26,750 nt of DNA, from contig NW_021836052.1 in NCBI RefSeq assembly GCF_006345805.1, positions 1-26,750 of the forward strand. The letters are read 5' to 3'. Source of the stretch: Octopus sinensis. Taxonomy: Eukaryota. Below are positions 10,897 to 21,532 of this stretch, one piece after another (position 1 is the stretch's first letter; the number at the start of each line of letters is the position of its first letter). The notes under the pieces were generated by a model. The model was not told where the DNA came from. It saw nothing but the letters and a program-made list of their open reading frames with translations, and ran no database searches. The position numbers and the translations under genes are program-made.

Positions 10897-11180
10897 CATA
10901 TGGCGTAGTAGTTAAGAGCGCGGGCTACTAACCCCATCATTCCGGGTTCGATTCCAAGTAGTGACCTGAATAATAATAATAATAATAATAATAAAATCAA
11001 AAAATAATAATAATAACATCAAAAAATACCTTAGGAATGAGAACCCAGATTCGAATTTTCCCAAGAGACCTGATGAAGGCTGGAGGGTATATCAGCCGAA
11101 ACGTTGTATTAACAACAAACAAGATAAGGACAAATATCCGTCAAATGTAAATAATTTGCATCTCTTAAATATAGAACTGT
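10897..11180 (+). mobile_element. tRNA(Arg)-like-headed SINE family C, full length
   Basis: A box tggcgtagtagtt (10901), B box ggttcgattcc (10945-10955), (AAT)n spacer, unique body. The ...gattccgggttcgattcctggc segment of the partner copy resembles the tRNA-Arg(ACG) T arm. Confidence 0.93.
11065..11110 (+). ncRNA. minimal (Penelope-type) type I hammerhead motif in SINE C
   Basis: GAGAC-CUGAUGA-A-GGCUG-GAGGGUAUAU-CAGCC-GAA-ACGU-U^GUAUU. Intact core, 5-bp stem II, palindromic ACGU stem III, stem I with one mismatch. Confidence 0.65.
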
Positions 11181-11327
11181 TTTACAGTTCAAATTCGACC
11201 GAGGTCAAATTTGTCTTTCATTCTTTCGGGGTCGATGAAATAAGTACCTGTTGAACACTCAGAGTTGATGTAACCAACTTACACCCTCTCCCAAAATTGC
11301 TGGCTTTGTGCTAAAATTCGAAACCAT

Positions 11328-11787
11328 AAAGCGGTGAGCTGGCTAAATTGTTGGCACGCCGAGCAAAATGCGGAGAGGCATTTCGTCCGTCCGTACGTTC
11401 CAAGTTCAAATTCAGCCGAGGTCGAATTTGTCTTTCATCCTTTCGTGGTCAATAAAATAAGTACCAGTTAGGCACTGGAGTCAATATATGTTTCTTTATT
11501 ACCCACGTGGGGCTAAATATAGAGGGGACAAACAAGGACAGACAAACGGATTAAGTCAATTACATCGACCTCAGTGCATAACTGGTACTTAATTTATCGA
11601 CCCCGAAAGGATGAAAGGCAATGTCGACCTCGGCGGAATTTGAACTCAGAACGTAACGGCAGACGAAATACGGCTACGCATTTCGCCCGGCGTGCTAACA
11701 GTTCTGCCAGCTCGCCGCACTGGAGTCAATATAATCGACTAGCCCCCTCCCTCAAAGTTTCTGCCCTTGTCCTTATAGTAGAAAAGA
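11328..11787 (+). mobile_element. SINE family B (older tail) interrupted by an antisense SINE B
   Basis: Continuous sequence once 11489-11733 is removed. Confidence 0.93.
11489..11716 (-). mobile_element. young SINE B inserted into an older SINE B, perfect 17-bp TSD
   Basis: gcactggagtcaatata at 11472-11488 and again at 11717-11733. Confidence 0.97.
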
Positions 11788-12428
11788 TATTTTATCAAAT
11801 CCAAAAGGGTGGCATGTACAGTTGGCCTCGGTGGGATTTGAACATAGACTATCGCTATTCGAAAGGAATACAAGTACTCTGTTCAATGCTCTATCAATTC
11901 TAGGAATATTTACCATAATGAAACGAGCTCTAGTTTGAACATTTAAGCAAACTGAATTATGTAACGAAATCGTTGACAAACACCGAACATTTAACAAAAG
12001 GAATTACATTTGGAAGATTCCTCAATTTATGCACGAACGAATGGCAATTGAAGCTATTTATGAAAGTTGGTCTTGTCATGTTGTCATTTGAACTCGTGTC
12101 TATCGGTTGTCACAGTTTCAGACGACGTTGCCATCCGAACCGGGTGCGTAACCAAATCAATAGAGTTGAGAGAATAATTTTAAAGGTGATAAGTGGCTAC
12201 AAAAAAAAAAAAGACAGAAAAAAGAAAAAAGGAAAAAAGAAATAATAAAAATTAAATAACTAAATAAACAGAAAAAGTAATTTGATAAGGAAATCTGTGT
12301 TGCACCTATTCCGTTATTTGGTGTGATGGGAGGACAAAAGATTGGATGAATTGTAACGGCGCTATCAATGATTGAATGTTTCATTCGAAAGTTTGGACGT
12401 TATTCAAGTACACATTCACACGCACACA

Positions 12429-12460
<32 letters not shown>

Positions 12461-12889
12461 TACACACAAACACAATATTAATTGCTTTATGAAGACTTAT
12501 TGATTGCTAATTTGTCAGCCATTTTATGTTATTGGTTTATTGTTGTTATTGTTTGTATTAGTATTATTATTGTTATCATTTCTTTGTTCTATGATGTCGA
12601 CGTATATATACATATCTGTTTGTATGAGGGCCTATGTCTATGATTATGTTTGTGTGTGTGTGTGTGTGTGTGTGTTGCTGGTGGTGATTCTATGGTGAGT
12701 GTGGTGTGTATTTGTGTGTGTGTGGTGTATGTGTGGTGTGTGTGTGTGTGGTGTGTGTATATTTGTACATAAATATTTTTTTAGTGTTATTACGAGTGGA
12801 AAGATAGTGGACGTAAATAAAGGCACAATATCCCTGTTCAAATATTTATATGAAATAAGAAGACGTAGAAGATGAAGAGGAGGCTGAAG

Positions 12890-13990
12890 AGGAAAGGGGA
12901 AGGGGAAGAAACAGGAGCAGCAGAAGCAGAAGAGGAAGAAGAAGAAAATAGCAACAGTATTAATACTAATTATATGTTGTTGATGATGATGATAATGATA
13001 ATGAAGAAGATGATGATGCTGATGATGATGATGATAAAGAAAAAGAAAAGAGAAACGTACAAGGAGGGGTGAAAGAAGGAGAAGAGTAGTAGAAGAGGAA
13101 GAAGGAGGAAAAGAAGAAGTAGGAGGAGGAGGAGGAGAAAACAACAATTATCATACTAACTTTTTGATAATGGTAATGATGATAGTAAAGATGATGATGA
13201 GACGACTACGCGATGATATGATGATAATGAAGATGATGATGATGATGATGGTGATGATGAAGATGATGATGATAAAGAAAAAGAAAAAGGAAACGGACAA
13301 GAAGATGAAGAAAAAGAAGAGGAAGGAGAAGAAGAAAAAGGAGGAGGAGGAGGAGAGAGGAGAAAACAACAACAGTTATAATACTAACATTTAGATGATG
13401 ATATGATAATGATGATGATGATGATGACGATAATCGATGATATGATGATAATGAAGTGGATGAAAAAAGAAAAAGGAAACACAAGAAGATGATGATAATG
13501 ATGAAGAAAAAGAATGAGAAGAAATAGAAGAAGAAGAAGAAGAAGAAGAAGAAGAAGAAAAGAAGAAGAAGAAGAAAAGAAAGAAGAGAAGAAGAAGAAG
13601 AAGAAAGAAAAGAAGAGAAAGAGAAGAAGGAAGAAGAGAGAAGAAGAAGAAGAAGAAGAAAGATAAGGAGGAGGAGAAGAAGAAGAAGAAGAAGAAAAGA
13701 AAGAAGAAGAAGAAGAAGAAGAAGAAGAGAAGAAGAAGAAGAAGAAGAAGAAGAAGAAGAGAAAAAAGAAGAAAAGAAGAAGAAGAGATAGAAGAAGAAA
13801 AAAACAGATATGAGATGATGACGATCGATGATACGTGTGATATGATAATTAAGATGGTAAAGAAAAAGAATTAGAAGAATTAGAAGAAGAAGGAGGAGGG
13901 GGAGGAGGGGGAGGAGGGGGAGGAGAAGAAGAAGTAGGAGGTGGAGGAGGAGGAGGAGGAGGAGGAGAAAAAGAAGAAGAAGAAGAAGAA
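12890..13990 (+). repeat. about 4 degenerate tandem copies of a composite microsatellite module (spacer-(GAT)n-spacer-(GAA)n-(GGA)n)
   Basis: Spacer aacagt(t)ataatactaac at about 12953, 13144 and 13371; gatgatatgatgataatgaag and gataaagaaaaagaa recur. Confidence 0.8.
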
Positions 13991-14195
13991 GACGCCGTAA
14001 AGACATGCTGGCGGTTTCTAAGTAATGAATTAAATCTGATTTTAATTACAGTAAATTCAAATGTGCTTTGTTAGGCCCATTCTAATGAATCACCCATGAA
14101 ACTATCAGTGTAGTTAAGTAATTATACTTCTTCATCAATAGACGGAACCAATTAAAATGTTTCACGTAGATAAATATCTGTGGCAATGCATATAC

Positions 14196-14232
<37 letters not shown>

Positions 14233-14485
14233 TATGTAAGGGACGTTTGGTTATATTTATGTGTATATTAACAAGAATTGTGTGTCTCTATATTTGCACA
14301 AACACATGTACTTGCAAAGAGGCCTGCCTATAGATCTCCGTTCGTAATACATACACAAGCAAGCCAACACACACTCGCACACATACGCACTTACGTATTT
14401 GCATGAAATGTGTCATATAAATACTAATCGAAATTGCTTGAATGTATACACAGGAATATACGGACATATACATTCATGTATATAT

Positions 14486-14806
14486 CGCCAGCATATCTTA
14501 ACGGCGTCTTCTTCTTCTTCTTCTTCTTCTTCTTCTTCTTCTTCTTCTTCTTCTTCTTCTTCTTCTTCTTCTTCTTCTTCTTCTTCTTCTTCTTCTTTAC
14601 TTCTTCTTCTTCTTCTTCTTTTTCTTCTTCTTCTTTTTCTTCTTCTTCTTTTTCTTCTTCTTCTTCTTCTTCTTCTTCTAATTCTTTTTCTTTATCATCA
14701 CCATCTTCTTCATTATCATCATATCATGGTTATCGTCGTCATCATTATCATCATCATCCATCAACATCATCATCATCATCATCAAAAAGTTAATATAATA
14801 ACTGTT
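14486..14806 (-). repeat. inverted copy of the composite module plus a 23-bp unique core
   Basis: 14486-14508 is the reverse complement of 13991-14013 (21/23). 14673-14693 is the exact reverse complement of 13859-13879. The spacer is inverted at 14785-14806. Confidence 0.85.
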
Positions 14807-14927
14807 TATATATATACATTTGAATATAGATATATATATATATATAATAATTTATATACATATATATGTATATATACATCCACACACACGCACACACGCA
14901 CACACACACACACACGCACACACACAT

Positions 14928-14958
<31 letters not shown>

Positions 14959-15400
14959 CATGCATATATGGGTGCAGGATGTTACCAGCGGTGAACATTT
15001 TTTTCCTGCATTGACTTTTAAACGAACAGACGTGTTTCTCTCTCTCTCCTCTATATATTTTCTTTTCAAACAAAATGATGTTTCTCCCAGCCTTCTCTAT
15101 TTTCTTCTCTTTGGTCTAACGACCCTCCATTTTTGTTTTCCTTCGGCTTCCTTGTATGTCTCCACTGTTATTATTTGTGCCCAACATTGACCCACCATAA
15201 ATCCTAAAATCCATCTTAGAATTTATAGGAGCAACTGTCTTTGAAGACTCATTGTCCTTGAATGCTCGAAATGAGGAGAAGATAGATAGCTGACGGCTGA
15301 TGATTCTCTGTATTAACTTGCCCTGTTTTCCATTTTATCGTTGTTTACGTATTTCATGTTACATGCACCGTTGGTGACGTCCTGTACCCATATATGCATG
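14959..15400. mobile_element. unit bounded by 35-bp imperfect inverted repeats (MITE-like)
   Basis: catgcatatatgggtgcaggatgttaccagcggtg (14959-14993) versus caccgttggtgacgtcctgtacccatatatgcatg (15366-15400), 31/35; TA-rich flanks. Confidence 0.55.
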
Positions 15401-15456
15401 TCTATATACGTATTTTTATCATTTCTTACTGAATTGAACGCGACGCATCCAAATTC

Positions 15457-15526
<70 letters not shown>

Positions 15527-15744
15527 CTGAGTGAAAGAGATAGAGGGAGGTGTATATATGATGTATATATGTAATTTTCACGTCCAGGGGAAGACCACTC
15601 AGCGGAGTGAATTGTGGTTGAAAAAAAAGCTTGAAACCAGTGGCCCCTTAATGCATAAAAAAGAAAAATCAATCCACCATTGCAGTGTTGAGAAACTCAA
15701 AGTCATTTTGGACATTATACGTATTCGTATATTTCGACATTTAT

Positions 15745-15795
15745 ATGTGGATATATTATAATATATATATATTATATGTATTATATATATGTATA

Positions 15796-15841
<46 letters not shown>

Positions 15842-15855
15842 TATATCTTTATATG
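15745..15855. repeat. (TA)n microsatellite
   Basis: Seen directly. Confidence 0.95.
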
Positions 15856-15979
15856 GTTTCATGCACGCGCACACGCGTCACACCCATACACAAACACGCA
15901 AATATACACTTACACACACACATATACATTTTAATGAGAGCAGTAACCTAGCACAAAAGAAAAAAGAAAAACTGAAAGC

Positions 15980-16541
15980 AATGTTAGCTGAGTGCATGGC
16001 GTCGAAATATCAGAAAAAGTGTTATGAACACGAATCGGAGACTGTGAGTGAGAGGATGACGTATAGGATTCCATGGGAATGCCTACTAAAGACTGATAAT
16101 AAAAGTGAGGCAAAGAGAAGAAGATACACGTAAAACGATTGAAAGAAAGAAAGAGAGTAAGATCTGAGATTTTGAAATAGCAGACGACCCAGAGTGGATA
16201 GTAAAGAAAGTGAAGAAAATTGAGAAATACAGTACATTGCTATAGTTGAGGAGATTGTAGAAGGCTAAGATTTGAAGTATTCCTGTAGTAATTGGAACGT
16301 TTGAAACAGCATCTACACCGTTGTGTAAGAGACTAAAAGACATTGGAATTTGTGTGAGGTTTGCATTGATGAGTTATAGAAAAGTGCAATTCGGCAAGAA
16401 TTCTAAGAAATGTTTGTGAGATTTGAGGAGACGTTTGTCACCAAACCTTAGGTTAGCGTCCAAGATAATTAAATTGGCTTAGAATACCTTTGGAAGAACA
16501 ACAAAAAGCAGCAGCATCAACAAAAACAACAACAACAATAA
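15980..16541 (+). pseudogene. 3' end of a decayed R4/Dong-like non-LTR retrotransposon (restriction-like endonuclease domain, 3' UTR, (AAC)n/(AAT) tail)
   Basis: Hand translation: YEHESETVSERMTYRIPWECLLKTD...DFEIADDPRVDSKE...KIEKYSTL...IPVVIGTFET...KRLKDIGI...SARILRNVCEI*. This matches the R4-type pattern WYEHxPE..ILWD..TD..EKxxKY..IPVVIGALG..ARILRxVL, with stops and frameshifts. Confidence 0.85.
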
Positions 16542-16612
16542 TCTACTCTCAGCACAAGACCCAAAATTTTTGGGGAAGAGTCCAGTCGATTAGGTCGACT
16601 CCATTACGCGAC
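16541..16612 (-). mobile_element. SINE B 3' fragment
   Basis: ctctcagcacaagacccaaaatttttggggaagagtccagtcgattaggtcgac. Confidence 0.85.
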
Positions 16613-16748
16613 TTTGCTTTTCATCCTTTCGGGTTCGATTAAATAAGTACCAGTTACGCACTGGGGTCGATATAATCGACTTAATCCGTTTGTCTGTCCT
16701 TGTTTGTCCTCTCTATCTTCAGCCCCTCGTGGGCAACAAAAAAGTAAA
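16608..16748 (+). mobile_element. young SINE B, 5'-truncated
   Basis: tttcatcctttcgggttcgattaaataagtaccagttacgcactggggtcgatataatcgacttaatccgtttgtctgtcc. Confidence 0.93.
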
Positions 16749-16793
16749 ACATGCAAACAAATACACACACACACACACATACACACACACATT

Positions 16794-16825
<32 letters not shown>

Positions 16826-16829
<4 letters not shown>

Positions 16830-16980
16830 CGACATACTTCTTTTAGCTTCTGTCTTGCAAATATATTCTCAATTTGGCCGATCAGACGGTATAGCAGAAG
16901 TTATTTCTCCAAGGTACCATGAAGTGGCACTGAACCCAGAACCAAAATTCTTATCACATGGCTACGCCTGCGCCATAATT
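16826..16980 (-). mobile_element. SINE family A 5' half, diverged
   Basis: ccaaggtaccatgaagtggcactgaacccagaacc is the reverse complement of the family A head. Confidence 0.8.
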
Positions 16981-17011
16981 GATTATTCACAAATATGATC
17001 TGCACGCCCCC

Positions 17012-17066
17012 CTTGAAGGCACTGCCCCAGCATGGCCGCAATCCAATGACTGCTGCAACTGAACGA
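17012..17066 (+). mobile_element. SINE family A 3' fragment
   Basis: gaaggcactgccccagcatggccgcaatccaatgactg. Confidence 0.7.
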
Positions 17067-17959
17067 AAAACGGTAAGAAAATGGTCATCGATTCCATCAT
17101 GTTTGACCTTGGTTCTAGGGCCAAGAACTACAATGTCAGCACTCAACAACAACAGCAACAACTAACGAGCATGAACACTCAATGGAATCTATTGTTCTTT
17201 GAGAATGTTTGGCCTTGTCCCTAATAAATATAAATCAATACCAATGGAAGGAATATTCTTCCGATATTCTCTATATGGCATCTTATAGAAACATATTGAT
17301 CTAAATAGCAAAAAAAATTCTATATTCAAAATAAAATCTTAAACATTTACTTGATTGGTTTTGGCATCGGAGAAAGAAACATTCTGAAACAGAACCATTA
17401 TTTTCGTGCCATCATTTCTAATAAATTTCTTTTGCACAAACCTTCAGTAATATTCCGGCGATACTGAATTACCAAATTATAATGATGACCTGTCTTCTGT
17501 TTTATAAATATAATGGGGCAGAAGAGCGATGCAAAGAAAAAGAATTGAAATTCCTCGACGCAAAGTAGGAAGCAGAAAAAAAAAAAAATTCTTTCATCTC
17601 CCCCACTCTCTTCCTTTGTCTTTCTCACGATCTCTATCTCTCAAGTGCATTCACTAGACATTCACATCTCCGCCTTCTTCTCTCTGTCTATAAAACTTTC
17701 TATTTTCCATCTCTCTATCACTCTTTCTTTCCTTGTCTCCCACACACTTTCTCTATCTATCTATCTATCTATCTAGCCTCTTACTGTTTAACCATCAGTT
17801 TACCTATCAATCAATCAATTGATCAATCGATAGATCTCGCTAACTCACTAACTCACTCACTCACTCACTCTCTTTCTCTCTCTTTCTCCCTCTGTGTATA
17901 TATATGAGCGTGTGTTTGTGCGTATGTATATAAATACATACATGGACATTCTAACATCG

Positions 17960-18102
17960 ATAGGTTCATCTCATATATATATACATATATATGTATATGT
18001 ATATATATACGTGTGTATATATATCTATAGATATATGTATATATATATATACATATATAATATATACATATATATACATATATATATAATACATATATTA
18101 TG

Positions 18103-18145
<43 letters not shown>

Positions 18146-18185
18146 TATAGATAGATATATAGATAAATATATGTATTATACATAT
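17960..18185. repeat. degenerate (TA)n
   Basis: Seen directly. Confidence 0.95.
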
Positions 18186-18199
18186 TTTTATTTTTTTTT

Positions 18200-18394
18200 G
18201 TACTTGTTTCAGTCATTTGACTGTGGCCATGCTGGAGCACCGCTTTAGAGTGGTGAAAGAGTACAGCAGGGATCACCACCTCTGCCGGAGCCTCGTGGAG
18301 CTTTTAGGTGTTTTTTCGCTAAATAAACACACACAACGCCCGCCGGTCTGGGAATCGAAACCGCGATCTTCGACCGCAAGTCCGCATTGCGCCT
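18200..18394 (-). mobile_element. chimeric SINE: family D tRNA-like head and body joined to a family A tail
   Basis: Minus strand: aggcgcaatgcggacttgcggtcgaagatcgcggtttcgattcccagacc (B box ggtttcgattcc)...tttcaccactct|aaagcggtgctccagcatggccacagtcaaatgactgaaacaag. Confidence 0.8.
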
Positions 18395-18397
18395 CAA

Positions 18398-18407
18398 TAT
18401 ATGTATG

Positions 18408-18482
<75 letters not shown>

Positions 18483-18526
18483 TATATATATATATATTAT
18501 ATATATATATATTATATATACATATA

Positions 18527-18577
<51 letters not shown>

Positions 18578-18590
18578 ATATTTATATAGG
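18398..18590. repeat. (TA)n microsatellite
   Basis: Seen directly. Confidence 0.97.
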
Positions 18591-18878
18591 AAGTGACATA
18601 AGGAATGTACATATCCTCTGTAAATGAATCCATTCATCTCTCAATCCAGTGCGCAAATGCGTCCAACACTTGTTATTTCTCTCTTTTTTCTCTTTCTCTG
18701 ATACTTTGTTTCCTTGATTTCTTTCTACTTTTCTCTCTTATCCCCTCTGTCTGTCTGTCTGTCTTTCTGTCTCTGTATATATCGATATATTTGTGCATGC
18801 ATTTCAGTGTTTGTGTTGTGTGTATGCAAGTAAGCATAAACGGCCAGATAAATGAACACACACTCGCACGCGCGCACG

Positions 18879-18911
<33 letters not shown>

Positions 18912-18934
18912 GCGTACATAATATGTCCCTCAAT

Positions 18935-19350
<416 letters not shown>

Positions 19351-19645
19351 ATTGTTGCTATATTCATTATCTTTATATTAATACATGCAACGCACATATA
19401 ATATGCATTAGACACACACCCATGAACACACACACACACACACACGCTCACGCATATCTCCATGATTTCTACTCTTCTTATTTACCATTCTTATAATTAT
19501 TCCACAACGTGGCAAACATGAACGAAACCAACCTGACAGATCTATAAAAACATAACAAAACTAAAAAGACATATCAAAACAATACAAAACAATATATACA
19601 AGAAAAAAAACCAACAATCATATACATCAATACAAATGAAAACAA

Positions 19646-19648
19646 ATA

Positions 19649-19695
<47 letters not shown>

Positions 19696-19731
19696 AATAA
19701 TAATAATAATAATAAAAATAATAATAATAAT
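19646..19731. repeat. (GAT)n followed by (AAT)n
   Basis: Seen directly. Confidence 0.97.
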
Positions 19732-20309
19732 GTCAGCCACTATCCTGCGTAGACGTTATATGCATTAAGAAGCAAATACCATTCACACACACGCCTATAT
19801 ATGTACATATGTATATATAAATATATGTTGTCTGTGTATATGTGTGCATGCATATAATATGTATGTCTGTATACACGCACTTGGTTAAGAGGACATCCAC
19901 CTGTCATATCAAATCTTATAAAATTATATCTTATTATATTCATAATGTCAAATCTTTTTCTGAGAAATAACAACAAAATGTGATTGCCCCAAATCCCAGG
20001 ATGATACATAGAGGCGCAGAAGTGAAACGGCGCTGGGGAGAAGTGGATGGTGTCTCTGCAATGATGGTCATCGATTATTTATTTTTTTTTTTGTTTTCAG
20101 ATTTCTCATCCCCAAATGACAAAAAGAGCGAATAAATAAAACATGATGGTGCGCGTATTAACGCCTTCTAAAACATACAATATGCTGTTATATTTAGTAC
20201 AATGTGCGGACGGTGACAGCAAAAGCAGCAGCAGCAGCAGTAGCAGCAGCAGCTGGAAGAGAATGTTTCCTTTTGAACATGGTGCTCAAACACAAGCTGA
20301 TAAAGGTTT

Positions 20310-20654
20310 CTTCATAATCACATGGTTCCAGTCTCGGTTCCACTACTTGGTACCCCGGACAACTGCCTTCTATTATGGCCACGGGACGATCAAAGCCTAG
20401 TTAGTGGATTTTGAAGACGGAAACCGGAAAAAAGCCCGTCGTACGCACAGGCACACGCAAACACACACGCACGCACATACAGCACACACATACACACGCA
20501 TACATATATCATTGGTTCACGACCACCACTGCTTGACAACCGGTATTGCTTTCTTTATGTCCTAGTAACTTATAAGTTAGGCAAAGCACCGATAGATTAA
20601 GAACTAAGTTTTAAAAAATAATTATTGGCTTGGATTAGTTCAAATAAATCCTTT
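20310..20654 (+). mobile_element. SINE family A, diverged, internal (CA/CGCA)n
   Basis: atcacatggttccagtctcggttccactac...gacggaaaccggaaaaaagcccgtcgta...gcttgacaaccggt. Confidence 0.85.
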
Positions 20655-20677
20655 AAATGATTATATATATCTATCTC

Positions 20678-20713
<36 letters not shown>

Positions 20714-21312
20714 AGTGTGTGTGTAAATATATGTATGTATATAGATATACACATATATATATATATATATAATTTACACACACATACACGCACACACACA
20801 AAGAACAAATAAGCTTCGCAAGCGAATAGATAAAGAGATTTACGGGGGAACCTCCACTTCAAACTTCAAAGGGACAGTATTGAAAAATATAAACTGCACA
20901 TAAATATGGCCGTATATAACCAAGTTTGGGTTCTGTAAATATTTTAGTTCATAAAAACATATATATAATTTTAATGTAAATAAATTCAAATCCTCCCTCC
21001 TCCAAAAAGTATCTACCTCCCTGCTTCTAATATTAACAAAGATCAATTCCTCCCAATAAAATTTATTTGCCTCCTGAATTATTTTCAAAATACCCTTCCT
21101 TCTACAACCGTGACTTGAAAACTTTTTATGAAAGCATAACATTATTACATTATGACTAACTACTTCACCATGATTAGCATATGCGAAACCGGTAGACTAC
21201 ATCAATATTTTCATAAAATATTATACATATATGTATGTATATATATATATAATATATATATATATATAATTATATAATATTATATATATATATAATGTAT
21301 GAGCCAGCTATC

Positions 21313-21396
21313 ACTCTAGGGTCAGGTACTCGCGACTGAGGATTAGCTAAACAGCTGAAACTGAGTCAGTCTCGCGATCCTGTTGTCTACTAGAGT
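21313..21396 (+). ncRNA. type I hammerhead ribozyme with a 2-nt insertion after A9
   Basis: CAGG-UAC-UCGCGA-CUGAGGA-UU-AGCU-AAAC-AGCU-GAA-ACUG-AGU-CAGU-C^UCGCGA-U-CCUG, closed distally by ACUCUAG/CUAGAGU. The cleavage triplet GUC ends at 21371. Confidence 0.8.
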
Positions 21397-21532
21397 ATGG
21401 TAGGTTTTTTTCCCTTGCTAGCAATATATATTGTATCTAAAGTGTGCAGCGTCGCATCGATAACCAGCTGGCGGAAGATCTGTCTGGGGTTAAACCAGTA
21501 GTCACATGAAACAGTTACTTTGATATATAAAT

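Larger units (their letters stand above)
10558..11326 (+). mobile_element. SINE family B interrupted by a 552-bp insertion (10635-11186)
   Basis: The head ends ...ttacattctga at 10634 and resumes gttcaaattcgaccgagg at 11187, contiguous with the family B sequence ctgagttcaaatt. Confidence 0.9.

Noticed and set aside
10897-10970. tRNA-like sequence with A and B boxes
   Set aside because: No acceptor stem closes, and it continues into a SINE body; it is a SINE head, not a tRNA gene.
12644-15190. ORFs of 167-266 aa with poly-L/S/F/H/I runs
   Set aside because: Trinucleotide-microsatellite translations.
15297-15330. CTGATGA motif
   Set aside because: No stem II or GAAA downstream.
20218-20253. 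(CAG)n-like tract suggesting a polyQ/S/A exon
   Set aside because: The surrounding ORFs are short, run into a SINE and show no recognisable domain.
20840-21142. 100-aa non-repetitive minus-strand ORF
   Set aside because: No motif recognised; it might be decayed TE sequence, but this cannot be supported without a search.
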